From the human T2T-CHM13v2.0 reference genome, Homo sapiens: 64,000 nucleotides of DNA. The stretch lies in assembly GCF_009914755.1 (NCBI RefSeq), contig NC_060933.1; one strand, 5' to 3'. Every line of letters starts with the position of its first letter. Position 1 is the stretch's first letter. Of the stretch, positions 14,801 to 28,698 are shown one piece after another. Both the position numbers and the translations under genes were made by a program. The notes under the pieces were generated by a model. It ran no database searches and was not told the origin of the DNA. It worked only from the letters and a program-made list of their open reading frames with translations.

Positions 14801-17800
14801 AAAGACAAACTCTAAAAATAGGATGAGGCATTTGTTCCAGAGGCTTCATCCACAGAAAAGGGAACATGGACAGGAAGATCCATGGCCCAAACCTAGACAA
14901 TGTCCACTTTTAGATATTAGAGTTGCCTCTGCAGGCAAAAGGGTTATTGAAACTCATAAAGGACGGTTTCATCATTGGCAACACCTAAGGAAGACACTAG
15001 GGCTTGTGCAGAGAGTTAATGCGAGAAAGAAAAGTGCACTCAAGGAGCAACTCAAGGACCCAGCAGAGCCCAAATATACAAATCCTTGTGATGACATGGC
15101 TCGCCACTTCTGTGAGTGAGGGAAAGGGCTAGGGGCCACATCCTGCAGCTTTCAAGAAAGACCTAAGAGTCTGAATGCTCTAAGCATGAATAAGCATTTC
15201 ACAGAATCAGAAAACGCAAAACAACCTTTGAGGCAACGCTTTCCCCTGCTACCAAAGAGCCTATGTCCCCAGCCAGGGTTCAACAGCCTAGACCAGGAAC
15301 ACCAGTCTCTCAGGCCACGTTCACCATAGCCCCAGGGTCTGTCTCGGGGAGTGTGCTTCTCTGGTGAGCCAGAAAATTCTCCATTATTCCCTGCTTCCAG
15401 AAAAATCTCTCAAAGAAATGCAATTAGGGAAAATTAGTTCTTACATTATCACATCTTCTGAAGAGGTTGGTCTCTATTTCTCGTAACCAGCAATAATTAT
15501 TTTCAAATCTATTTGTTTTTTCTAAACGGAGTGGTATCTTCTGTCTCTGGTGTGTTTGGAGCAAAAAATTTAAGGGAATTTCAATAACTTAGGCTTAGAC
15601 AAAACAAGTGTTTGACTTTAGCTCTCAAGAGCTGGCTTTGGCTCCCAGAAGGTGACTAGGTTTAGGGACCAGGTTAGGGAAGGGAGTTGACAGGGACATG
15701 GCACACTTGCCACCATCCTGAATTCCTTCATTTTACCTGTGAAGATTATCCCATTTATTTTATTATTATTTATTTTAATGTATTATACTACTGCATTATA
15801 AATAAATACATACACCCACAGACGAACATCAGCCCTTATGATCATTCAGATATTTAAACAATTAGAAAATCCAATAAAGACCAAGCCCCAAGACCTGGAC
15901 CAATCATTCCTTCCTCTGCCCCTTCATTGTCTTGAACATTACACAACTTTGGGGTGGAGTACAAGGGGCTACGCAGTCATCAAAGGGCCAAAAGATACCC
16001 ACTCAGCCTCCAGAATACTTCACATATTCCCAAAATGGAACTGAAACCTTAGAGGTTGTGAGGCCTTGAGCTCAGAAGCACAAGGAGAAATCCCAATAAC
16101 CCTAACTCTTTTAACAAATAGTTTCCACCTGCCCCCTCAAATCTCCTTCCATCCCAAGAGGCTGAGGAGATGTACTTAGCTTAGCCTTAATTAAAAGGTA
16201 CCTCTTACTGCCACCTTACCTTTCCTCTCTCTTTGCAACTCAGCCACTGAAGTCAATGCAAAGATGGCAAATGAGTCCACATACCCTCCACATCTATGTT
16301 GTCCAGGTCATCGCCATTAAAGGGCCAAGTAAAGGGGATACTGGGAAAAAAGGAGCCACAACCAAATGGAGTCATCAAAGAAGGAAGCATCAATGGCTAT
16401 GGTGTAGAGAAAGGAACCACTGTCTCCAACTATTTGCCCCTGCAACTCTTCTAGAGGGGAGGATAGACAGGAGGGGTGTGGCTCATCCTAGCCCACTATA
16501 GTTTTCTCACTAGAAAGTTTAAGTTTTCTCCTTAGCTTCCAGATCCAGGGCCTAAAGAAGCAACTCTGATCTCCTACAAAGAACTTCAGACCTGCAGAGC
16601 AAGCAAATCCTGGGAGATTATTTTCTGCTTGTTATTACATATTTAATAATATACACATTCTTCTTTTTATTTGATTCCCCCAACTTGAAGTTCAGAGAGG
16701 CCTGGTAGTCCCCATGCCTGCCAAAGAGGCAAATGAAAGGTTATGGCTTTGTCACAAGTTAACAACCTGATTAACTTCAGGGGATCTCAGAATATTCTTT
16801 GGTTCAAAGAAGAGAATATCTGCACAAACTGATAACATGTTGATAGTCAAAGCCCTTTGGTTCTTTGTGTTAACTGAAAAATTTAGTTGATGGTCAAAGG
16901 GGGCTTCTATACTCTTCAGAGAAATGTTCAGGATTAGAAGAAGGCATTTGAAAAAAAGTTGGACCTATTGAAACAATTTAAAAGGAGAACAAAATAGTAC
17001 CCTTAAAAAAAAAAGTAAGAAAGTAATCAACTTCCTCTATTCCAGCTTCTGGGAATTTCAGCTCAAAGAAACATACTAAAAGTGAATAGTAAAAGAGAAA
17101 AATGCAAAAGTAAGAAATCCAGAGAGATGTCAGAGATGTCCAAAAACAGGAAATCCAGAGAGATGTCACAACAATTTAGGAAAGAGGAAGAGGGTGGCTG
17201 GCAACACGGCTGAATAGGAATAGCTCCGGTCTGCAGCTCCCAGTGAGATCAGTGCACAAAGCAGGTGATTTCTGCATTTCCAACTGAGGTCCCCAGCTCA
17301 TCTCATTGGGACTGGTTAGAGAGTTGGTGCAGCCCACAGAGGTAAGCCAAAGCAGCGTGGGGCATTGCCTCACCCGGAAAATGCAAGGGGTCAGGGAACT
17401 CCCTCCCCTAGCCAAGGGAAGCCATGAGGGACTGGCTTCCCTGTGCCATGAGCAACACTGCACTCCGGCCCAGATACTACCCTTTTCCCATGGTCTTTGC
17501 AACCCGCAGACCAAGAGATTCCCTCGGGTGCCTATGCCACCAGGGCCCTGGGTTTCAAGCACAAAAGTGGGCGGCTGTTTGGGCAGACACTGAGCTAGCT
17601 GCAGTTTTTTTACACACCCCAGTGGTGCATGGAATGCCAGCAAGATAGAACCATTCACTCCTCTGGAAAGGGGGCTGAAGCCAGGGAGCCAAGTAGTCTA
17701 GCTCAATGGATTCCACCCCCATGGGGCCCATCAAGCTAAGATCCACTGGCTGGAAATTCTTGCTGCCAGCACAGCAGTCTGAAGTTGACCTGGGATGCTC

Positions 17801-18533
17801 GAGCTTGGTATGGGGAGGGACATCCGCCATTACTGAAGCTTGAGTTGCTGGTTTTCCCCTCACAGTGTAAACAAAGCCGTCAGGAAGTTGGAACTTGGGG
17901 GTGCCCATCACAGCTCCGCAAAGCCACTGTAGCCAGAGTGCCTCTCTAGATTTCTCCTCTCGGGGCAGGGCATCTCCAACGCAGCAGCCCCAGTCAGGGG
18001 CTTATAAACTCCCATCTCCCTGAGACAGAACACTTGGGGGAAGGAGCAGCTGTGGGCACAGCTTCAGCAGACATAAACGTTTCTGCCTGCTGGCTCTGAA
18101 GAGAGCAGTGGATCTCCCAGCACAGTGCTCAAACTCTGCTAAGGGACAGACTGCTTCCTCAAGGGGGTCCCTGACCCCCAAGCCTCCTGACAGGGAGACA
18201 CCTCCCAGTATACACCTCCCAGGGGTTGACAGACACCTCATACCGGAGAGCTCTGGCTGGCGTCTGGCAGGTGCCCTTCTGGGACAAAGCTTCCAGAGGA
18301 AGAAACAGCAATCTTTGCTGTTCTGCAGCCTCTGCTGGTGATACCCAGGAAAGCAGGGTCTGGAGTGGACCTCCAGCAAACTCCAGCAGACCTGCAGCAG
18401 AGGGGCCTGACTGTTAGAAGGAAAACTACAAACAGAAGGGAATAGCATCAACATCAACAAAAAGGATGTCCACACCAAAACTGCATCCAAAGGTCACCAA
18501 CATCAAAGACCAAAGGTAGATGAATCCGTGAAG

Positions 18534-19558
18534 ATGAGGAAAAACCAGCACAAAAAGGCTGAAAATTCCAAAAACCAGAAGGCCTCTTCTCCTCCAAAGG
18601 ATCACAACTCCTTGCTAGCAAGGGAACAAAACTGGATGGAGAATGAGTTTGACAAATTGACAGAAGTAGGCTTCAGAAAGTTGGTAACAACAAACTCCAC
18701 AAGCTAAAGGAGCATGTTCTAACCCAAAGCAAGGAAGCTAAGAACCTTGAAAACAGGTTAGAAGAATTGCTAACTAGAATAACCAGTTTAGAGAAGAACA
18801 TAAATGACCCAATGGAGCTAAAAAACACAGCACAAGAACTTCGTGAAGCATACACAAGTATCAACTGCTGAATTGACCAAGCGGAAGAAAGGATATCAGA
18901 GATTGAAGATCAACTTAATGAAAAAAAGCATGAAGACAAGAATAGAGAAAAAAGAATTAAAAGGAATGAAGAAAACCTCCAAGAAATATGGGACTGGTGA
19001 AAAGACCAAACCTACGTTTGATTGGTGTACCTGAAAGTGACGGGGAGAAATGGAACCAAGCTGGAAAAGACTCTTCAGGATATTATCCAAAAGAACTTCC
19101 CCAACCTAGCAAGACAGGCCAACATTCAAATTCAGGAAATACAAAGAATACCACAAACATACCCCTCGAGAAGAGCAACCTCAAGACACACAATTGTCAG
19201 ATTCACCAAGGTTGAAATGAAGGAAAAAATGTTAAGGGCAGCCAGAGAGAAAGGTCAGGTTACCCACAAAGGGAAGCCCATCAGACTAACAGTGGATCTC
19301 TCTGCAGAAACCCTACAAGCCAGAATAGAGTGGGGGCCAATACTCAACATTCTTAAAGAAAAGAATTTTCAACCCAGAATTTCATAGCCAGCCAAACTAA
19401 GCTTCATAAGCAAAGGAGAAATAAAATCCTTTACAGACAAGCAAAGGCTGAGGGACGTTGTAACCACCAGGCCTGCCTTACAAGAGCTCCTGAAGGAAGC
19501 ACTAAACGTTGAAAGGAACAACCAGTACCAGCCACTGCAAAAACATACCAAATTGTAA
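18534..19558 (+). pseudogene. L1 ORF1p remnant (frameshifts and stops)
   Basis: ATG at 18534; ORF 19022-19387 encodes ENFPNLARQANIQIQEIQR-like ORF1p sequence; in-frame stop at 19385. Confidence 0.85.
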
Positions 19559-19616
19559 ACCATCGACACTATGAAGAAACTGCATCAAATAATGGGCAAA
19601 ATAACCAGCTAGAATC

Positions 19617-22600
19617 ATGACAGGATCAAATTCACACATAACAATACTAACCTTAAATGTAAATGGGTGAAATGCCCCTATTAAAAGACACAGACTGGCA
19701 AATTGGATAAAGAGTCAAGACCCATCAGTGTGCAGTATTCAGGAGACCCTCTCACATGCAAAGACACACATAGGCTCAAAATAAGGGATAGAGGAATATT
19801 TACCAAGCAAATAGAAAGGAAAAAAGAAACAGGGGTTGCAATCCTATTTTCTGATAAAACAGACTTTCAACCAACAACGATCAAAAGAGACATTACATAA
19901 TGGTAAAGGGATCAATGCAACAAGAAGAGCTAACTATCCTAAATATATATGCACCCAATACAGGAGCATCGAGATTCATAAAGCAAGTTCTTAGAGACCT
20001 GCAAAGAGACTTAGACTCCCACACAATAATAGTGGGAGTTTTAACACTCCACTGTCAATATTACACAGATCAACGAGACAGAAAATTAACAAGGATATTC
20101 AGGACTTGAACTCAACTCTGGACCAAGCGGACCTAATAGACATCTACAGAACTCTCCACTCCAAATCAACAGAATATACTTCTTCTCAGCACTGCATCAC
20201 ACTTATTCTAAAATTGACCACAAAATTGGAAGTAAAACACTCCTCAGCAAATGCAGAAGAACAGAAATCATAACAAACAGTCTCTCAGACTGCAGTGCAA
20301 TCAAATTAGAACTCAGTATGAAGAAACCCACTCAAAACTCTACAACTACATGGAAATTGAACAACATGGTCCTGAATGACTACTGGAAAAATAACGAAAT
20401 TAAGGCAGAAATAAATAAGTGCTTTGAAACCAATGAGAACAAAGACACAATGTACCAGAATCTCTGGGACACAGCTAAAGCAGTGTTTAGAGGGCAATTT
20501 ATATCACTAAATGCCTACAGGAGAAAGTGGAAAAGATCTAAAATTGACAACCTAACATCACAATTAAAAGAACTAGAGAAGCAAGAGAAAACAAATTCAA
20601 AAGCTGGCAGAAGACAAGAAATAACTAAGATGAGAGCAGAACAGAAGGAGATAGAGACATGAAAAATCCTTAAAAAAAATTCAATGATCTGGCAGCTGGT
20701 TTTTTGAAAAGAATAACAAAATAATTAGACCACTAGCCAGACTAATAAAGAAGAAAAGAGAGAAGAATCAAATAGACACAATAAAAAGTGATATAGGGGG
20801 ATAACACCAGTGATTGCACAGAAAAACACACTACCATCAGAGAATACTATAAACACACCTATACAAATAAACTAGAAAATCTAGGAGAAATGGATAAATT
20901 CCTGGACACATACACCCCCCCCAAGACTAAATCAGGAAGAAGTTGAATCCCTGAATAGACCAGTAACAAGTTCTGAAATTGAGGCAGTAATTAATAGCCT
21001 ACCAACCATAAAAAGTCCAGGACCAGATGGATTCACGATTCACAGCCAAATTCTACCAGAGGTACAAAGAGGAGCTGATACCATTCCTTCTGAAACCATT
21101 CCAATCGATAGAAAAACAGGGACTCCTCCCTAACTAATTTTATGAGGCCAGCATCATCCTGATACCAAAACCTGAAAGAGACACACACACAAAAAAAGAA
21201 AATTTCAGGCCAATATCCCTGACAAACATCGATGTGAAAATCCTCAATAGAATACTGGCAAACCGAATCCAGCAGCACATCAAAAAGCTTATCCACCACG
21301 ATCAAGTCGGCTTTATCCCTGGATGCAAGGCTGGTTCAACATACACAAATCAATAAACGTAATCCATCACATAAAGAGAACCAATGACAAAAACCACATG
21401 ATTATCTCAATAGATGCAGAAAAGGCCTTGGATAAAATTCAACACCCCTTCTTGCTAAAAACTCTCAATAAATTAGGTATTTATGGAACATATCTCAAAT
21501 AATAAGGGCTATTTATGACAAATTCACAGCCAATATCAGACTGAATGGGCAAAAGCTGGAAGCACTCCCTTTGAAAACGGGCACAAGAAAAAGGTGTCCT
21601 CTTTCACCACTCCTATTCAACATAGTATTGGAAGTTCTGGCCAGGGAAATCAGGCAAGAGAAAGAAATAAAGGTATTCAAATAAGAAGCGAAGAAGTCAA
21701 ATTGTCTCTGTTTGCAGATGACATGATTGTATATTTAGAAAACCCCATCGTCTCAGCCCAAAATCTCCTTAAGCTGATAAGCAACTTCATCAAAACCTCA
21801 GGATACAAAATCAATATGCAAAAATCACAAGCATTCATATACACCAATAATAGACAAACAGAGAGCCAAATCATGAGTGAATTCCCACTCGCAATTGCTA
21901 CTAAGAGAATAAAATACCTAGGAATCCAACTTACAAGGGATGCAAAGGACCTCTTCAAGGAGAACTACAAACCACTGCTCAAGGAAGTAAGAGAGGACAC
22001 AAACAAATGGAAAAACATTCCATGCTCATGGATAGGAAGAATCAATATCATGAAATTGGCCGTACTGCCCAAAGTAATTTATAGATACAATGCTATCCCC
22101 ATCAAGCTACCACTGACTTTCTTCACAGAATTAGCAAAAACCACTTTAAATTTCATATGGAACCAACAAAGAGCCCAGAGAGCCAAGACAATCCTAAGCA
22201 AAAAGAACAAGGCTGGAGGCATCACACTACCTGACTTCAAACTATATTACAAGTCTACAGTAACCAAAACAGCATGGTACTGGTACCAAAACAGAGATAC
22301 AGACCAATGCAACAGAACTGAGGCCTCAGAAATAATGCTACACATCTATGACCATCTGATCTTTGACAAACCTGACAAAAACAAGCAATGGGGAAAGGAT
22401 TCCCTATTTAATAAATGGTGTTGGGAAAACTGGATAGCCATATGCAGAAAACTGAAACTGGACCCCTTCCTTACACCTTATACAAAAATCAACTCAAGAT
22501 GGATAAAAGACTTAAACATAAGACCTAAAACCACAAAAATCCTAGAAGAAAACCTAGGCAGTATCATTCAGGACATAGGTATGGGCAAAGACTTCATGGC

Positions 22601-23439
22601 TAAAACACCAAAAGCAATGGCAACAAAAGCCAAAATTAACAAATGGGATCAATTAAACTAAAGAACTTCTGCACAGCAAAAGAAACTATCATCAGAGTGA
22701 ACAGGCAACCTACAGAATGGGAGAAAATTGTTGCAATCTATCCATCTGACAAACGGCTAATATTCAGAATCTACAAGCAACTTAAACAAATTTACAAGAA
22801 AAAAAACAAACAACCCCATCAAAAAGTGGGAGAAGGATATGAACAGACACTTCTCAAAAGAAGACATTTATGTGGCCGACAAACATGAAAAAAAGCTCAT
22901 CATCACTGGCCATTAGAGAAATTCAAATCAAAATCACAATGAGATACCATCTTACACCAGTTAGAATGGCAATCATTAAAAAGTCAGGAAACAACAGGTG
23001 CTGGAGAGGATGTGGAGAAACAGGAACGCTTTTACACTGTTGGTGGGAGTGTAAATTAGTTCAACCATTGTGGAAGACAGTGTGGCGATTCCTCAAGGAT
23101 CTAGAACTAGAATTACCATTGGACCCAGCAATCCCATTACTGGGTATAGACTCAAAGGATTATAAATCATGCTACTATAAAGACACATGCACATACATGT
23201 TTATTGTGGCACTACTCACAATAGCAAAGACTTGGAACCAACCCAAATGTCCATCAATGATAGACTGGATTAAGAAAATGTGGCATATATACATCATGGA
23301 ATACTATGCAGTCATAAAAAAGGATGAGTTCATGTCCTTTGCAGGGACATGGATGAAGCTGGAAACCATGATTCTCAGCAAAATATCACAAGGACAGAAA
23401 ACCAAACACTGCATGTTCTCACTCTCAGGTGGGAATTGA
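19617..23439 (+). pseudogene. L1 ORF2p remnant (EN/RT/Cys domain), disrupted
   Basis: ATG-ACA-GGA-TCA start; EN fragments; RT motif FADDMIVYL in ORF 21594-22661; C-terminal CWRGC/HCWW in ORF 22870-23439; multiple frameshifts. Confidence 0.9.
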
Positions 23440-25039
23440 ACAATGACAACACTTGGACACAGGGAGGGAAACATCACACAACAGGGCCTGCAGGGGGTGA
23501 AGGGCTAGGGGAAGATTAGCATTAGGAAAAATACCTAATGTAGATGATGGGTTGATGGGTGCAGCAAACCACCATGGCATGTGTATACCTATGTAACAAA
23601 CCTGCATGTTCTGCGCATGTATCCCAGAACTTGAAGTAAAATAAAAAAAGAAAAGAAACAGAAAGAAAACACTAAAAAAACAAAACAAAACAAAAAACTA
23701 AGAATTTTTTTAAATCCACATATAAAACAATGACAAATCTTCTGAAAGGGGCAGAGAAGTAAAAAGCCAAACGTTATAGGAAAGAGGAAGGAGGAAAAAA
23801 AGGTCAAACTCACTGGAATGAGATAGCATTAGGAAGAGATGGTCTTCCTAACATCGATTGATAAGTTAGCAAGCAAACTGCTAATATAATAGCGGAAGTG
23901 GTTTCTAAGAAAGACTGATGAATGAAACAAAGAAAGAGAATGGAGAAAATAAACAAAACATAATTACCTAAGCTCCTCCAGTTCTTTGTCCCACACTTTC
24001 TTCTACTCCGGAGAGGGAAATAAGAACTGATATTTTAATAAAGTTCGCCTGAGCTGCCTGGCTGTTCCAGCCTCATGACCTTTGCCAGAACTTAAAACAG
24101 CCTCCAAAACATTTGGCCTTTATCAGAGCTTCAGTGGATTATAAAGCAAACCATGTGTCCTATTTCATATCTAATCACAACTCACATAGGCCTTTCAGCT
24201 AAATCATAGTATCTTGGAAACTTCCAATTGGAAACAGTCATTTGAACATCTTGTCTGGAGGCAGGGAAAAGTGCACACACCCTATATAGTCTAGCTATTT
24301 GCTATGTTTGGTCTTAAATGCCTCAGGGGATGTGATTTTTTATTCTCCTCTTTGAGATATAGTCTGTCATTATTAGGACCCACTGTCAGGAGATTCTTTC
24401 TAATGCTTGCCTTCTGCTGCTAATATCTCATATTTCTCATTAGTGAGTATCTCCACCACTCTTAGAGGAGGAGTTTCCCCACCAGGAAATAAGAAAGATA
24501 CCATGACAAATGTGGCTGGGGATTCTGGGGAGAACTTAGAAACTAGAGGCCAAAATATGCTTGGAAATAAATAGGTTAGGTTTCCTCCTTGTTCTGTAGA
24601 CACCTTACATTGACTCCCTCATCCCCCGGGACTTCTCACTTTCTCACCTTGCATATTCTATTTTTATGTTTATATTTCTACCTCTCCCATTAAAATGGGA
24701 GTATGCAGCAGTCATGGTGGACACAATATATGATAACTGTGTGAGACTGTGAAAAGAAACTTAAATTGCATTAGTATGGGGTTTTGCTGGGTAATTTTGG
24801 TTTCTAGACATGGAAAGGATAATTCATATCATAACAGAATCATTTTAGGGCCAGGCACCAGAGTGATCCATAAGTTACCCAAATATCAAACAAAGAGCCG
24901 TGTGTTATTCTGGCCAGAAAGCTGCAAGCAGCCATTGAGACTGTACCAGCCCCAAAGCTCTGACTCTTCAGACAGATGGACCAGGAAACTCTACTGAAAC
25001 TTACTGATACCCCAGCCTTGCCTCATGCTTCAGTGGGAG

Positions 25040-26710
25040 AAGCCAAGCCTTCCAGCATCCTTTCACCACCAAATTCCCAGCCCATCTGTGTCCATGGCTA
25101 CCTCTTGTTACTTCCTTCCTGTTAAGAGAATCAAAGGCCACTTCATGCTTTGGGCCAAGATCCTATTCCCTCTCTCACTACAGAAAGCTCATTCCTTCAG
25201 TTTCTTGTTCCCCATCCAGCAGAATCTTCTCTGCTCCCCATCAGCATTGCATATGCTCCAGTATCTCCCAGCTCAAAACACATGCAAACCACCCCCCATT
25301 TGACCCCACAGTCCTGTAAGTGCACAGCCTCATCATCTGTTCTCTTTCTCAGACAGTACTCTCACAATATGTTGTCTGCAAACATTTTCTGCACTTCCTC
25401 TCCTCTGATTCGCTCTTCAGTCCTCTGCAAATCACCAAAAGGCACCAGAGACCTCCATTTTCTCAAATCCAATGAACAATTATTTTCTCAAAAAACAACC
25501 TTCTTCTTTATGAAACACTCTCTTCACTTCCTTGCACTTGTCAAAGAAAAACCAGAGCTGGATAGTAGTTGAAGCAGAAAAAACAGCTTTTATTCAGGAC
25601 TATTGCAATAGGGGGAAAGGAATCTCGGTGTAGAGTTGGGCTCAATTCCAAACACAATATAGGCAACTGGGAATTCACAGCCAAGGAGCAGGGTGAGGGT
25701 CTCTGGATGGAAAATTACTAACAGGGAGCACTGGGGAAAAGGGGACTCTGGCTATACCTAACTAATAGGAATCTTGCTAAAGACAAAGGAAGGTGATCAG
25801 ACATCACTTGGGGGATGGTGGAGGATAGGAGGATTAGATAGATATCAAGGTGATCAGATAGGGAGGACAGGGTGGAGGGGTTCTTAATAAACTGGCATGG
25901 AAGGGGTTTTGCTAAAATTGGACTTTATAATTACAGAGATGGGTTCAAACAAAGGTTCAGGAGCCGGATTAAAGTTTGGTCAAGCACATAATCTTTTCCA
26001 CACTCTCTTCTTTTTTTTTCTTCGCATCTCTCAGATTCTTTGTCACTCTCAATTGCTGGCCCCACCTCTTCCACCCAAACTGTGGGAGTGGCTCAGGACT
26101 CAGTCCTACGCCTACTCCTTTTCTTACACTACCCTGTGCATAGAGAATTCCATCTAATCCCATAATTTTAAATAAATATGCCAATGCCTCCAAAAGTTCT
26201 ATCTCCAGTCCTGATCCTCTGGGCTACAGAACAATCTACAACTGCCCATTTAACATTTCCACGACTATATCTGAGAGATATCTCAAACTTTAGATGTCCA
26301 TAACAGAACTCTTAATTTTCCAAGTCTTCCCCCAATGTTCACCCAACCAAGCCACTCCCCAGCCTTTCCTCAGATGCTACGGCCTCTCCCCAGTTTCTCA
26401 AGCCTGAAGTCTGAATCATTCTTGACGCCCTTCTTTTCCTACTCCCTACATCTAACTCAACTTCATATCGTGTTGATTTAATATCCAAAACATATTTTAA
26501 AATCTGTCAACTTCTTTCCATCTTATATCTTGTAAATGGTCTCCTTGCACCCATTCCTGTCCCTTCTCATACATTTCCACACATCAGCCAGGTTATCTTT
26601 AAAAACCATCTGACTACATTAGTCCTCTGCTCATCCTTGTATTCCACATGGAATATTAATTCCTTACCACTACAGCCTTTCATGATGTGGTTCTATCTGC
26701 CTCTCTAACT
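25040..26710 (+). mobile_element. L2 LINE fragment interrupted by an ERV1 LTR
   Basis: L2 motifs gacctccattttctcaaatccaatg, atctccagtcctga, tctcaaactttagatgtcca. Confidence 0.6.
25539..25990 (-). mobile_element. ERV1 solo LTR (MER31-like)
   Basis: tgtcaaagaaaaaccagagctgga...acagccaaggagcaggg...gatggaaaattacta...ggtgatcagacatcac. Family by eye. Confidence 0.6.
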
Positions 26711-26714
26711 TCCC

Positions 26715-27180
26715 TGTGGCTCCCTGCACTCTGGCTTCATGGGGTGCACTGCAGGAAAGCTAAGAACCACATTTCCCCCAATCCTCCTTGCAGCTAGAGA
26801 CCAGCATGTGATTTAATTCTGCCAGTTAGAAGCACCTGTCTGAGACTTAGCTTTGGGCCTGAGTTTAGTAGGGGAAAGAGAGAGACAAGATGATGTGTAC
26901 ATTTTGTTGACCAGAATCAGTGTGGATCTGCAGTCATTGGCTTCCAGATTTGGTGGTTTGCTGCAGTATTAGCAGCTTTCCCAATCACAGAAGAAACAGT
27001 ATGGTTCCAGGAAATGCTAAGAGCAGATTTTCTGGAAGCTCTGCCTACACTCTCAGCTTTAGGGTTTCCCCTCCTGCTCTTGCAATGGCTTAGTAAACCA
27101 CTGAGTACCTGATAAATCTCTTCTTCCTGAAACTAGCTAAAATGGCTTCTATTTCTGCAATTGAACTCTAACAGATGAAC
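26715..27180 (+). mobile_element. ERVL LTR (LTR33-like)
   Basis: ggaaagctaagaaccacatttcccc...cttgcagctag...gataaatctcttcttcctgaaactagctaaaatggcttct. Confidence 0.55.
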
Positions 27181-27362
27181 TGACAGACTGAGTTATTTAA
27201 CTGAACTAAGACTATGGTTTAGAAAGTAAAGTTTTTTGATCATTCTGCATGAATTTGAACCCCCATTCCAATACTTACACACTATATGACCTTAGATAAA
27301 TTGCTTAATCTCTCCAGCTTCAGCTTTACTCATTTGTAGAATAGGAATAAAAATAGTATTTT

Positions 27363-27659
27363 GGCCCAGGCATAGTGGCCCACACCTGTAATTCCAGCAC
27401 TTTGGGAGGCAGAGGTGGGATAATTGCTTGAGGCCAAGAGTTTTGAGACCAGCCTGGGAAACATAGTGAGACCCTATCTCTGCAAAATATTTAATTTTAA
27501 AAATTAACTGGGCATGCTGGTGTGCACCTGTATTCCTGGCTACTTGGGGTGCTGAGATGGAAAGATCACTTGAGCCCAGGACTTGGAGGCTGCAGTGAGC
27601 TATGATTGTACCATAGCACTCTAGCCTGGGTGACAGAATAAGACCCTGTTTCTAAAAAA
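27363..27659 (+). mobile_element. AluJ inserted in a MIR (MIR at about 27210-27360 and 27660-27780)
   Basis: Alu dimer with J diagnostics; MIR halves on both sides. Confidence 0.85.
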
Positions 27660-28375
27660 GCATAACATTTACCCCAGAAAGTGTTTGAGGATTAAATGAC
27701 ATAATAATGGTAAAGCACTTAATATAGTATCTGGCATATAATAAGAGTTCACTAAATGTTAACTTTTATAATTACTATGATTAAGTATTATTATTTCCTT
27801 ACCCTGGCCCTTGCAATTTGCTCTTCCTTATGCTGGGAGTGTTTTTCTGTCTGAACTACCCCAAGTTTACTCCTACTTATCCTTCAAGTTTCAGTTTATC
27901 TAGCACTTACCCAAAAATTACTTTCTTGGTCCATTTCAACTATACCACCCCCACTAGTTTTTTCTCATAATGGCGTTTTTCCCTCAGAGAACTCATGAAG
28001 GTTTGCGATCATGTATTTTTTTGTATGTTCGTGTATCTACTGCTAATTCCCCCATGGAGCTACAAGTTTCAGGAAGAGGAGTCATGACTGCATGTGCCCC
28101 ATCAGGTGCCAGCACCCAGCTTGACATTTTGCTCCATACGTAAAGGACCTCAGTAAATGCTTTTCAGATGAATGGCCCAGCCCTCCTGGTGGCAAATATA
28201 ACAGAAATTGCTAATGATACAGAGAAATGCATCACCAACACATTCTAACATAAAGAACACAGGTTTTCTTTGCCATGAAACAGCCCAAAATAAACTCAAG
28301 GAACTATCTGTAAATATTCTTTATAATATTAAGCTACCTGTTGATAGTACTCTACAGTTTTCCAAGCCCTGTTAC

Positions 28376-28698
28376 ATGTATGTATGTATGTATGTATGTA
28401 TGTATGTATGTATGTATGTATTTTGAGACAAGGTCTCACTCTGTTGCTCTGGCTGGAGTGCAGTAGTATGGTCACAGCTTACTGTAGCCTCAACCTCTTG
28501 GGTTCAGGTGATCCTCCCGCCTCAGCCACCCAAGTAGCTGAGACTACAGGCACATGCCACCACGCCTGGCTAATGTTTTTCATTTTCAGTAGAGACAAGG
28601 TCTTGCCACGTTTCCCAGGCTGAACTTGGCTCAAGCGGTCCTCTTGTCTCAGCCTCCCAAAGTGCTGAGATTACAGGTGTGAGCCACTGCACTTGGGC
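28376..28698 (-). mobile_element. AluJ with (TATG)n tail (28376-28420)
   Basis: Minus-strand Alu dimer; its tail is a TATG microsatellite. Confidence 0.88.

Larger units (their letters stand above)
17191..23700 (+). mobile_element. Full-length L1PA6/L1PA7 LINE-1 (inactive)
   Basis: 5'UTR gggtggctggcaa...gaataggaa..gctccggtctgcagctcc; fragmented ORF1 and ORF2; 3'UTR and A-rich tail. Confidence 0.95.

Noticed and set aside
17191-23700. Potentially active LINE-1
   Set aside because: Both ORF1 and ORF2 are broken into many pieces by frameshifts and stops.
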